Shown: piece after piece, positions 9,297 to 18,797 of the stretch | Position numbering within the stretch: the stretch's first letter is position 1 | Layout: each line of letters begins with the position of its first letter | Assembly: GCA_964455855.1 (NCBI GenBank) | Contig: CAYVYQ010000003.1 | Location: forward strand, 1 to 44,917 | From: an uncultured Gammaproteobacteria bacterium | GTDB taxonomy: Bacteria > Pseudomonadota > Gammaproteobacteria > Magnimaribacterales > D2472 | Length of the DNA stretch: 44,917 bases | Direction: 5' to 3' | Translations under genes and position numbers: made by a program | Notes under the pieces: model-generated | Told to the model about the DNA's origin: nothing | The model's input: the letters and a program-made list of their open reading frames with translations, nothing else | The model's database searches: none

Positions 9297-9986
9297 TTAT
9301 TCTCTCCCTAAAATTTCATGCTTTTTATAATAACCTATAATCCGTTGTTTCCACTTGTCTGTATAGCTTGCAAATTCTTTATTTTGTACAAGAAACTCTT
9401 TGAATAAAAGATCGCGATCTACCATTAAAATTGCAATAGATTCAATCTTAGTTTCATACATAACATTATGCGCGTTAGCATAAGCAGCACCTTGTAGAAA
9501 ATAATCTTCTATCCAATCTTTCCTTTTTATTTTTTTTGCTGTTTTAAAATCAATGATTGTAGGCTTGCCTTTGAAAATCCCGATACAATCTGCTGTTCCA
9601 GCATACAAACCATCAACAACTAAGCCCGATTCAAGACCCCACACTTCCTCAATATCTCCTAAACAGTCATCAATAAATCTCTTCGCAATCTGATGCGCCA
9701 TCAAGCCCAGTCTATCCTCAGTAAATTGCTCCCAATCAAGACCATTTAGATAGTTTTCAATAGCCAAATGAACGGCTGTTCCTATTGTCGTTGCCTCATC
9801 AACAACCTCTCTGGCTGTTTTGGGGCCTACCCTTCTCTTCCATGCATCTATCCCAGAGTGATCTCCGGTTGCTGAAAGTATTGTTGTGACAGATGGCACA
9901 AGATTTTCTTTAGAATCTCGATAATAACGAACATCATTTTTTTCAACACGTTCAAGTGCTGGGTATTCAAACAATTTGTTAATCAT
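9297..9986 (-). CDS. PD-(D/E)XK exonuclease, MGME1/phage exonuclease-like
   Basis: PSVTTIL, GTAVH, YAGTADC, IIDFKT, LQGAAY motifs. Confidence 0.85.
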   Translation of the reverse strand: MINKLFEYPALERVEKNDVRYYRDSKENLVPSVTTILSATGDHSGIDAWKRRVGPKTAREVVDEATTIGTAVHLAIENYLNGLDWEQFTEDRLGLMAHQIAKRFIDDCLGDIEEVWGLESGLVVDGLYAGTADCIGIFKGKPTIIDFKTAKKIKRKDWIEDYFLQGAAYANAHNVMYETKIESIAILMVDRDLLFKEFLVQNKEFASYTDKWKQRIIGYYKKHEILGRE

Positions 9987-9992
9987 TATGAT

Positions 9993-10754
9993 TTAATTGA
10001 TGGATGAGCCGCCATCTACAGAAATGACCTGCCCTGTTATAAAGGAGGCCCTGTCTGATAAAAGGAATGATACGAGTTCACCAATTTCTTCTGGCTCACC
10101 AATTCTTCGTAACAGAGAAGATTTTTCAAGCATTTCTTTTGCTTTTGGCTCAGCCTCAAAATATTTTATTACGCCAGGAGTGTTAATCGTTCCTGGTGAA
10201 ACAGCATTTACTCTAATTCCATTTCTAGCAACTTCCTTGGCAACAGATTGAGTAAGGTTATTTACAGCTGCTTTGCTTGCTGCATATATGGAATTAAAAG
10301 CATAACCCCTGATAGCTGAATTAGAAGAAATATTAACTATGGACGCAGGAAGTGATTGTTCTTTTAAGAATATGATCTCAGCTTGCAGGCATTTCCATAA
10401 TGATGTGAAAGTTAAATCAAGTGTCGCTTGCACATCCTCAAGTGAATAATTTTCAACTGGCCCTAAGCCTTTTGATGAGGCTGCATTATTACAAATACAA
10501 TCTAGTTTATTAAATGTAGATAAGGTTGCTTCAATCATTGATTGGATAGCATTGGTATCAGTTAGATCTGCTTCAAAACTTGCTGCAGAATTTGGAAATA
10601 GTGTATTTATTTCCTTGGTTACCCTCTCAGCTGATTGTTTATTTAAATCTACAATCATGATTTTTGATCCATGCGAAGCTAAAACTTTGGCAATACCCTC
10701 TCCAATGCCTTGGCCGGCTCCTGTGACTATAGATACTTTGTTTTCTAAATCCAA
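9993..10754 (-). CDS. SDR oxidoreductase (NAD-dependent type)
   Basis: TGAGQGIG, YAASK, RVNAVSPG, ITGQVISVDGG; TTG start with AAGGAG SD. Confidence 0.92.
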   Translation of the reverse strand: MDLENKVSIVTGAGQGIGEGIAKVLASHGSKIMIVDLNKQSAERVTKEINTLFPNSAASFEADLTDTNAIQSMIEATLSTFNKLDCICNNAASSKGLGPVENYSLEDVQATLDLTFTSLWKCLQAEIIFLKEQSLPASIVNISSNSAIRGYAFNSIYAASKAAVNNLTQSVAKEVARNGIRVNAVSPGTINTPGVIKYFEAEPKAKEMLEKSSLLRRIGEPEEIGELVSFLLSDRASFITGQVISVDGGSSIN

Positions 10755-10755
10755 T

Positions 10756-11676
10756 TCAAGCTCCTTTTAAATGATTAATTAAAAATTTTAAAACATGATT
10801 ATAGGTTGTGATTCTGTTGGTTTCATTAAGTGTTTCATGTCTCGCTCCGTCAACGAGGTAGAGTTCTGATTTACATTCATTTTCCATCAAACATTTATGT
10901 AATTTGCTAGTCCCTTTTCCCATCGCGCCCACAGGATCATCAGAGCCAGAAAAAACTAGAATAGGAATATTTTTTTTAATCAATGATAAATTTTTTTGAT
11001 CAAAAACTAACTTAATGCCCTCAATAAGATCAGACCATAGTTGATTAGTGACAACAAAACCACACAAAGGATCGTTTGTATAATCCTCTACCCTTTCTGC
11101 ATCTTGAGATAGCCAGTCATTTGGAGTGTTGGTATTTTGGAATCTTCCATTAAAGCCACCAAAAATTATTCTATGCAACAAACGGCTATAACCATTCTTT
11201 CCAAGTCTAAACATTTCTATTTTAAGCAATAGTTTCTGCATAAAAGTCTCAGAAGGATTGGGGTAACTTGACCCAGAAAGCATTGCAGCATCAAAAAGGT
11301 TTTTTTGTTGCAGTGCTGACAAACCTATCCATGAACCCATGCTATGTCCTAAAAGAATTTTTGGTATATTGGGGAATCTCTTATTTGTATCTGCATGTAT
11401 ATCAAGTAAATCATTAACAACTAAATTCCATCCATCCTCTTGATCAAAAAAACCAATTTTATTTTCAAATATTCTTTCGCCATGCCCACGATGATCGTGA
11501 ATGACTACATGAAAACCATGCAGATTCAAAAAATTTATAAACTCTTGGTATCTACCTTTGTGCTCAGCCATGCCATGAGATATTTGAACCAATCCAAAGA
11601 TTGAATCCCCTCTTGATTGATAAAGCTCAAAATGCAAGTTTGAGTTAGGATTTGTATCTAATGCTATTTTTTCCAT
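10756..11676 (-). CDS. Alpha/beta hydrolase, lysophospholipase/monoacylglycerol lipase family; start corrected to ATG 11676
   Basis: HGMAEH, DHRGHG, GHSMG nucleophile, ARHE. Confidence 0.9.
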   Translation of the reverse strand: MEKIALDTNPNSNLHFELYQSRGDSIFGLVQISHGMAEHKGRYQEFINFLNLHGFHVVIHDHRGHGERIFENKIGFFDQEDGWNLVVNDLLDIHADTNKRFPNIPKILLGHSMGSWIGLSALQQKNLFDAAMLSGSSYPNPSETFMQKLLLKIEMFRLGKNGYSRLLHRIIFGGFNGRFQNTNTPNDWLSQDAERVEDYTNDPLCGFVVTNQLWSDLIEGIKLVFDQKNLSLIKKNIPILVFSGSDDPVGAMGKGTSKLHKCLMENECKSELYLVDGARHETLNETNRITTYNHVLKFLINHLKGA

Positions 11677-11710
11677 ATAACTATAAAATAACATGTATTG
11701 GGGTAAAGAC

Positions 11711-12823
11711 ATGCAAGATATATATATTTCTGGAACAGGTATTTGGACACCACCACACAAAGTCTCAAATGAAGAACTTGTTAAATCTTTTAATACTTAT
11801 GTTGAACTTTACAATGCTGAGAATTCAAAGGAAATTGAATCTGGCTCTTTAAAGGCATTAGAACCCTCTTCATCAGAATTTATAGTTAAAGCCTCAGGAA
11901 TACAAAATAGATACGTAATAGAAAAAGAATCCTTACTTGATCCAAAACGCATGAAACCAATGATTGGGGCAAGAGATGATGACTCTTTATCAATTTGCGC
12001 TGAAATTAGCGTAATTGCAGCAAAACAGGCGCTTGAAAATGCAAAATTATCCCCCTCCGATATAGATGCAGTGATAGTTTCTACTGCGAACCTTCAAAGG
12101 GCTTATCCGGCAATTGCCATTGAGGTTCAAAATGAATTGGGCATTGAGGGTTATGCTTATGACATGATGGTTGGTTGTTCTTCCACAACTTTTGGTATCA
12201 GTAATGCCTATTCTGATATAGCATCGGGCAAAGCATCAAAAATATTGGTGATAAACCCTGAAATCACTACCGCACACAATAATCTTAAAAACAGAGATAG
12301 TCATTTTATCTTTGGTGACGTTTGCACAGCTGCAGTTATCGAAAAAGATTCTCAGTCACCAAATAGATTCAAGATATTAAATGCAAAATTGAAAACTCAT
12401 TTTTCCAACAACATAAGAAATAATTTTGGTTTTATGAATTTCATTGAAGACAAAAATTATACAGATGAGGAGCTGCTGTTTGTTCAAAATGGTCGAAGCG
12501 TGTTTAAAGAAGTAATGCCAATGGTTACAACTTTAATTAGTGAGCATCTTGAAGAAAATAATCTATTGCCTGATGAGGTTGAACAATATTGGCTCCATCA
12601 GGCAAATATAAATATGAACACCTATGTTGTAAAAAAACTTCTAGGTGATGACTTTCCACCAGAGAGAGCTCCAAACGTTCTTGATGAATATGCAAATACT
12701 GGCTCAGCGGGATCCCTGATTTCATTCCATAAATACAATTACTTAAAAGCGGGACAAAAAGGAATCATCTGCTCATTTGGCGCAGGATATTCTATTTGCT
12801 CAATTTTAGTAGAAAAAGCATAA
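11711..12823 (+). CDS. fabH: Beta-ketoacyl-ACP synthase III (long, PA3286-like FabH)
   Basis: Cys in VGCSS, HQAN, YANTGSAG, CSFGAGY; RDSHFIFGD. Confidence 0.9.
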   Translation: MQDIYISGTGIWTPPHKVSNEELVKSFNTYVELYNAENSKEIESGSLKALEPSSSEFIVKASGIQNRYVIEKESLLDPKRMKPMIGARDDDSLSICAEISVIAAKQALENAKLSPSDIDAVIVSTANLQRAYPAIAIEVQNELGIEGYAYDMMVGCSSTTFGISNAYSDIASGKASKILVINPEITTAHNNLKNRDSHFIFGDVCTAAVIEKDSQSPNRFKILNAKLKTHFSNNIRNNFGFMNFIEDKNYTDEELLFVQNGRSVFKEVMPMVTTLISEHLEENNLLPDEVEQYWLHQANINMNTYVVKKLLGDDFPPERAPNVLDEYANTGSAGSLISFHKYNYLKAGQKGIICSFGAGYSICSILVEKA

Positions 12824-12827
12824 AGAA

Positions 12828-13259
12828 ATGAAATACCTTTTGCCGTTTTTGGTTATTGTGACCTCGGTAATAGGATCTCTAGCAAATATATATATTAACT
12901 CAGATGACTGGTATAGCAGTCTAAGCAAGAGTCCGCTTAATCCTCCTAGTTTTGTTTTTGGAATTGTCTGGCCAATACTATATGCATTAATGGCTTTTAT
13001 TGCATATAAGCTAGCACATAAAATAGCGCCTATATTTATTATGCAACTAGTTTTAAATGCAGCATGGTCATGGATATTCTTTTATTTTCATGCCCCATTT
13101 ATTGCACTTTTGGACATTGGTTTGTTGATTTATTTAAATCAGAGAATATTAATGATAATTAAGACCGAATCAATGACGCTATATTTTCTTTATCTTCCTT
13201 ATATCTTATGGCTATCATTTGCAGCATTTTTAAATGCTTCAATTGTTTTTCTGAATTAA
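12828..13259 (+). CDS. tspO: TspO/MBR tryptophan-rich sensory protein
   Basis: WYSSLSKSPLNPP, FGIVWPILY, LNAAWSWIFF, PYILWLSFA. Confidence 0.92.
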   Translation: MKYLLPFLVIVTSVIGSLANIYINSDDWYSSLSKSPLNPPSFVFGIVWPILYALMAFIAYKLAHKIAPIFIMQLVLNAAWSWIFFYFHAPFIALLDIGLLIYLNQRILMIIKTESMTLYFLYLPYILWLSFAAFLNASIVFLN

Positions 13260-14518
13260 AAAATACCTATAACAAGGCCAGTCATGCAAGAAGCAAGGGT
13301 GGCTCCAATCAACGCTTTGATTGAAACTTTGATCAAGTCATTCTTTCTTTCTGGTGCCATTGCGCTAATTCCTGAAACCAAAATTCCAACAGAAGAGAAA
13401 TTAGCAAAACCACACAACGCATATAAAGTAATTAACTTTGATCTATCTGATAAGGCATCAGGCTCTATGTTTGCAAGAGCTCCATAAGCAACAAATTCAT
13501 TAAGAGCTGTTTTAAGACCAAGCAACTCAGCAGAAGCTAAAGTTTCTGAAAGAGGCACTCCCATTAACCATACAATTGGAAAAAAAATGTAACCAAGGAT
13601 AAGTTGCAAAGAAAGGTCAGTAATTCCAATCCAGCCCCCTAAAATCCCAAGTAAAGAATTTAATAAAGATACCAAAGCAATAAAAGCAATAAGAATTGCT
13701 CCAACATTTAAACAAATATCCAGGCCATCTCTCGTACCTCTTGTAATAGCATCCATTGAGCTGTCATATACCTTGGGAACAGAATTGCCATCAAAATTAG
13801 TAACTTCTGCTGAGGGAATCATGATGTTTGCATACATGATGGCAGCAGGAATGGATAATATAGATGCTGAAACTAGATGCTGAATTAAATTAATATCAGG
13901 AAATTGAGGAGCCAACATTGACACCAAAGCAATCATGATGGAGCCAGAAACAGTAGACATTCCAGCCGTCATAAGAATTAATAATTCTTTTTCACTCATC
14001 TTGGATAGATAAGGTCTAACCAACAAAGGGGCTTCAACTTGACCCATAATGATATTGGCAGTGGCGCCTAGTCCAATGGGACCACCAATATTAAAAAGTT
14101 TTTCAAAAATTTTTGAAATAGCTCGAATGATAAGTGGCAAGATATTCCAAAACCAAAGTAAAGCAGAAAGACTAGATATTACTATGATTAAGGGCAATAT
14201 TTGAAAAGCAAAAATCATAGAGTTGCCAGTGCCCGAGCTTTCAAACGGCGATGTTGAACTATTGCTTAAATAACCAAAAACAAACTCAGCTCCTTCTTGT
14301 GTGGCAGCTTGCAAAGCAGTTACGCCCTCAGAAAGATAAGCAAAAATCTGCACTATGAAAGGAATTTTTAATAATGCAAAGGCTAAAATAATTTGCAGTA
14401 TTATGGCTGCAAAAATATGCCGATAATTTATTGATGATCTATTTTGTGAAAATGGAATGGCAATACAAACTAAGCCAACGAAGCCAATAATAATTTGAAA
14501 TAGCGAGGTAATCGTCAT
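13256..14518 (-). CDS. nupC: CNT family Na+/nucleoside symporter
   Basis: FAFQILP, MGQVEAPL, NEFVAY, YALCGFANFSS. Confidence 0.93.
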   Translation of the reverse strand: MTITSLFQIIIGFVGLVCIAIPFSQNRSSINYRHIFAAIILQIILAFALLKIPFIVQIFAYLSEGVTALQAATQEGAEFVFGYLSNSSTSPFESSGTGNSMIFAFQILPLIIVISSLSALLWFWNILPLIIRAISKIFEKLFNIGGPIGLGATANIIMGQVEAPLLVRPYLSKMSEKELLILMTAGMSTVSGSIMIALVSMLAPQFPDINLIQHLVSASILSIPAAIMYANIMIPSAEVTNFDGNSVPKVYDSSMDAITRGTRDGLDICLNVGAILIAFIALVSLLNSLLGILGGWIGITDLSLQLILGYIFFPIVWLMGVPLSETLASAELLGLKTALNEFVAYGALANIEPDALSDRSKLITLYALCGFANFSSVGILVSGISAMAPERKNDLIKVSIKALIGATLASCMTGLVIGIF

Positions 14519-14521
14519 AGC

Positions 14522-15427
14522 TTAGTATAACTTAATTGCTCTTAGTCTTTCCTCTAAAAAATCATGTGCGCTGATAGATTCAGGGGAATCATCAACTATA
14601 GAACAAAGCTCAATTTCTGGAGAAGGATGCAGAAAAAAAGGCATGCTATATCTAGATGCTGATGAGCTGGCATTATGATCTACCACCCTATGACTGGTAC
14701 TTTTAAGTTGAGATCGTGTAACTAATTGCATCATATCTCCAATATTACATACGATGGATTTGCTTTTTGCCGCTATAGGAATCCAATCACCCTCAGGATT
14801 TTGAACTTCTAATCCAGACTCCTCAGCTCCCACCAATAAAGTGATTAAATTAATATCCTCGTGTGCACGTGCACGCAAAATATTTGAAGAATCAACAACA
14901 GGCGGATAGTGAATCAAGCGTAATATAGAATTTCCTTTTGTCGCCCAGGAATCAAAAAAAGAGGGTTCCTTATCTAAAATTACAGCTATTGCACTAAGTA
15001 CTTTTAGGCCAAGCATGTTGAGTTGATTAAATAATATATCGAACTGAGCATTAAAATCTGAGATTTCTAAAACTGAGATATTTTCAGATATTCTCGAATC
15101 ATAGGAATCATCAACCATCGGGCCATGATGCCAAAATTCTTTTAGATCGGGAGTAGTTTCACCAACAGCAGTTTCTTTGCCGTATGGAGTATAACCTCGT
15201 GCCCCAGCTTTTTCGGGATGAGCATATGTTTGTTTTACAGCATCAGGGAGTGCAAAAAAATCCTTGCTTAATCTATAACTTGATTGAAGAACTTGATCAG
15301 CTATTCCATGATCGGTAATAGTAAAAAAACCATGAGTAGTTAATGCTAATTTCAGCTCAGCAATTGTCTCAGCATCTCTTTGCTCGATATCAAGCATTGA
15401 AAATGCAGGAATGGTGTTAAATGACAT
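14522..15427 (-). CDS. 2-oxoglutarate/Fe(II) dioxygenase, isopenicillin N synthase-like
   Basis: RGY, DLKE, HED (HxD), HRV, RYS motifs. Confidence 0.92.
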   Translation of the reverse strand: MSFNTIPAFSMLDIEQRDAETIAELKLALTTHGFFTITDHGIADQVLQSSYRLSKDFFALPDAVKQTYAHPEKAGARGYTPYGKETAVGETTPDLKEFWHHGPMVDDSYDSRISENISVLEISDFNAQFDILFNQLNMLGLKVLSAIAVILDKEPSFFDSWATKGNSILRLIHYPPVVDSSNILRARAHEDINLITLLVGAEESGLEVQNPEGDWIPIAAKSKSIVCNIGDMMQLVTRSQLKSTSHRVVDHNASSSASRYSMPFFLHPSPEIELCSIVDDSPESISAHDFLEERLRAIKLY

Positions 15428-15440
15428 AATTCATTTTATC

Positions 15441-15470
15441 AAAAAAAAGGACGGTAAAGACCGTCCTTTT
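15441..15470 (-). terminator. Rho-independent terminator of the Oar-like TBDR
   Basis: Minus strand AAAAGGACGG-TCTTTA-CCGTCCTTTTTTTT, 17 nt after the stop codon. Confidence 0.9.
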
Positions 15471-15487
15471 AATAATATTAGATCCTC

Positions 15488-18400
15488 TTAGAAAGAAAAC
15501 TTATATGTGAAGCCTAGTTGAGCTCTCCATATGCTATTTACAGCTGATTTTCTAATCTCCTTAGGATTGTTTGGATTAAATCTAAATGCATAATCTGCGC
15601 CACCTCTTGAATTAGGGTAGATATATTTAGAGAAGTCATCACTCATTTGCATATCCAAAACATCCACTGTTCCAGTGTAACTACCATACTCAATCACACC
15701 TTTGTCAGAATCAATTAAGTTTAATAAATTCTCTATTCCTAAACTAATAACAAACTCATCATCTGCTCTAAACCCAGGAAGGATTTGTGTAATTTTTAGA
15801 TCTAAAGTTGTTTGCCATGGGTATTCAAATACACCTGTTGGAAGTATCTGACCTGCATATGATTTTAAACCAAGTTGGTTATGTAAAAGATCAAGAACCT
15901 CGTTAGCTACAACTAGGTCTGGAGCTCCATTGCATGAACCCCAACATACATTTGGATCAGTCAAACCTGATGGGATATATAAAAGATGTGCACTGTCATC
16001 ATTAAGATTATTTTCATAACCAAATGCGCGAGTTTGATAACGTGATATTGATCTTTCAAATGTATCCCAAGTATAGGTACCTGGTAAACCAGACTTTCTT
16101 TCAAAGAATAAATTGAAAGTTGTTGGCTTATCAGCTCCAAAGAAATAATGTGTGGAAGACATAGTTGCAAACAGTCTATGCTCTGTTTCATAAATAGATC
16201 GTCCAGCAGTTCTATTATTGAAATCTGAGGCAGCATATTTTCCATAGCTTGAGTTTGCTGTAGTCGAAGCCATACCACTTAACTCATCGATATTTTGATT
16301 TGTATAACCAATAGAAAATGAGCCATCCCCATCATTGAAGAATCTTGAGAATGCAACAGATATTACCTGTCTTTCTCCACCACCTTCATTGTAAAGGCCT
16401 CCTTTATAGGTACCTCTTCCACCAGTTTGGTTGTAAATTGGTCTGCCATCAGGCGCTTTTAAAGCAGGAACCAACGGCTGATCGCCGCTTAATGGAGAAC
16501 CATCGATAATCTTATAAAGGGCTTCTTCTTGCTGAGAATGCAAGTAAGTAGCTGTCATCATCCAATCTCCTATTTGTCTGTCATATGTCAAGTTAAGAGT
16601 TTTGGTTTCAGGCCACTCAAAACTAGGGGCTATGAAATTAATCACAGCATCTGTAAGAGGAGCGTTTTGGATTGCAGTCCCTACACAGCCAGGCAGAGTA
16701 GAAGTAACGTTAGTTAGTGGATCACACCCTGGTGCATTTGCTCCATTATAAGCAGCGATTCTAACTCCATCATTAGTATATGCATTTGAAATCCAAACAG
16801 TAGGCAATTTAGATGAGAAAGTACCATATAAACCTTTCAATGAGCTGACATCATCAATCTCATACTCAAAACTAAATCTATAATTCAAAAGATCAGTTCC
16901 AGCAATACCGCCGTTTGCAAATCCATAAGCATCAACAAAACCTTGATTAAGAGAAGGTGCATCATCAGAATCAAACTCGTCATATCTTAAGCCGACTAAG
17001 ACATTCAATTTGTCTGAAAGCTCTATTTCATCTTGAATATATAGCGATGTTAGATCATATTTGAAGATAGCCGCACCCCCAGCTTCTGTTAGGTCTCTTG
17101 AGTTATTATGAAAAAATGATGTTGCTGTCTGACTTTCATATCCAGAAATTCCATCAAATGAATATGATCCATTTTGAGCAACAATAAATACATTATATAT
17201 ATCCCACTCTTTTGTTTCATAACCAGCTGTCCATTTATGGTTATCATCATAGTAAGTAAGCTTAGCCTTAAAGAAACTATTTTCAGTATCTAGAGCATTT
17301 GCACTTCTAAAGATATCTGGACCTAGTTCACACGAGATTCCTCTCGCTCCACAGTTATCAATCTCAAATGATGGTAGGTTTTGCCCTACTGGGGACATTT
17401 GAGATGTTTTTTGTGTTTTTGTTGAATAGCTGATTTCTGTGATCAAATCATCAGACCAGTTGGAAACAAGTAAAAAACCATCAGTTTCTGTATTTTCACC
17501 TTTTTGATATTCAGCTGAAGAAAAATTAAAAGTTCCATATGAGCTATTAGCTCCATTTAACTTCGAGCTTTCAACCTCTTTGTGATTCAGTGTTAACCGA
17601 TGATTATCCGTGATATTGATATCAAGCCTAGCAGTCATAAATTCTTGCTCAGATTGATTGCTTGAGGTGTATCCAAGAGGATCAAAACCATACTTATCCT
17701 TTGTAATCTGTCTAATTTGATCTACCTCAGCAACTGTAATCCCTTGCTCGTTTGGAAGACCAGAGCCAATAGGACCGTGAGTAATAGGTTTGTTGATTGA
17801 AGCTTCTTCATATGTAACATAGAAGAAAGCTTTGTCTTTGATAATTGGTCCGCCAAATGCAAAACCTTCTGAAGTATCATCTAAATCAAAGGAATACTCA
17901 TCTCCGGCAGATTCATCACCCATGAATGAGTCGCCTCTATCATAGGAAAATAATTCACCAGTAAATTCATTAGTTCCAGACTTAGTGATGACCTCAATAA
18001 CACCACCTCTAAAGCCTGAGTATTCAACAGAGGCTGGAGCAACTTTCACTGAGAGCTGCTCAATTGCATTAAGTGATATAGGGCTTCTTTGAGCTGGATA
18101 GCCATTGTCATTCAGACCAAAATCGTCATTGAAGGAAGTTCCATCTACTCTTAGATCATTGGTTCTAGGATGTGCACCAGCAATTGAAATTGCCTCATAA
18201 TTATCCTCAGCATCATCCAATGAAACCATAGGATTTAATCTTATAAAATCTTTAAGATCTCTGTTTACCGAAGCATTTTGTTCTATATCTTTTGCAGTTA
18301 AGGCTGTGCCAAATCCATAACCTGTATTTAGTGCTGTGCCTGCGCTCGCAACCACAACAACCTCATCGATAGACTCCAAAACAAAATTTAATCTTTTGGT

Positions 18401-18697
18401 ATCACCAACAATTAAAGTTATGCCTGCTGTAGTTTCTGAGCTATAAGCGCTAGATTGGACGCTAACCTCGTATGGGCCGCCAGGCTTAAGACCACCAGCA
18501 TTATAACGACCATTTGCACTGGTTGTTCTTGTGACAGTGGTATCTGTTGGAGTGTAAGTAACGCTAACAGTGGCGCCGCTAACTGGTGTCCCAGCTCCGT
18601 TTGTCACGGTACCTGTAATATCTGAAGTAAGCTCCTGACCAAATGCTGGAATAGCAATTAGGGCAGCAACCATGAAAAAGTTACGCAATGATTTCAT
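15488..18697 (-). CDS. TonB-dependent receptor, Oar-like, with N-terminal carboxypeptidase-regulatory-like domain
   Basis: ITGTVT..G..VSGATV, GLKPGGPYEV, ITKSGTNEF; terminal Phe. Confidence 0.93.
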   Translation of the reverse strand: MKSLRNFFMVAALIAIPAFGQELTSDITGTVTNGAGTPVSGATVSVTYTPTDTTVTRTTSANGRYNAGGLKPGGPYEVSVQSSAYSSETTAGITLIVGDTKRLNFVLESIDEVVVVASAGTALNTGYGFGTALTAKDIEQNASVNRDLKDFIRLNPMVSLDDAEDNYEAISIAGAHPRTNDLRVDGTSFNDDFGLNDNGYPAQRSPISLNAIEQLSVKVAPASVEYSGFRGGVIEVITKSGTNEFTGELFSYDRGDSFMGDESAGDEYSFDLDDTSEGFAFGGPIIKDKAFFYVTYEEASINKPITHGPIGSGLPNEQGITVAEVDQIRQITKDKYGFDPLGYTSSNQSEQEFMTARLDINITDNHRLTLNHKEVESSKLNGANSSYGTFNFSSAEYQKGENTETDGFLLVSNWSDDLITEISYSTKTQKTSQMSPVGQNLPSFEIDNCGARGISCELGPDIFRSANALDTENSFFKAKLTYYDDNHKWTAGYETKEWDIYNVFIVAQNGSYSFDGISGYESQTATSFFHNNSRDLTEAGGAAIFKYDLTSLYIQDEIELSDKLNVLVGLRYDEFDSDDAPSLNQGFVDAYGFANGGIAGTDLLNYRFSFEYEIDDVSSLKGLYGTFSSKLPTVWISNAYTNDGVRIAAYNGANAPGCDPLTNVTSTLPGCVGTAIQNAPLTDAVINFIAPSFEWPETKTLNLTYDRQIGDWMMTATYLHSQQEEALYKIIDGSPLSGDQPLVPALKAPDGRPIYNQTGGRGTYKGGLYNEGGGERQVISVAFSRFFNDGDGSFSIGYTNQNIDELSGMASTTANSSYGKYAASDFNNRTAGRSIYETEHRLFATMSSTHYFFGADKPTTFNLFFERKSGLPGTYTWDTFERSISRYQTRAFGYENNLNDDSAHLLYIPSGLTDPNVCWGSCNGAPDLVVANEVLDLLHNQLGLKSYAGQILPTGVFEYPWQTTLDLKITQILPGFRADDEFVISLGIENLLNLIDSDKGVIEYGSYTGTVDVLDMQMSDDFSKYIYPNSRGGADYAFRFNPNNPKEIRKSAVNSIWRAQLGFTYKFSF

Positions 18698-18797
18698 AAT
18701 TTCCCTCTAAAAAATTAAAATAAAGACGATTATGCAATTCTATACTTGTTTTACTCTGAATAAAAGGAACAATTAAGCAACATTTAATAAAATTTTT

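Noticed and set aside
9297-9986. Cas4, CRISPR or prophage interpretation of the nuclease
   Set aside because: No four-Cys cluster motif, no repeat-spacer array, no cas or phage genes in the window
11677-11760. Overlapping 5' extensions of the lipase and fabH ORFs
   Set aside because: Longest-ORF artefacts; ATG 11676 and ATG 11711 give non-overlapping family-like N-termini
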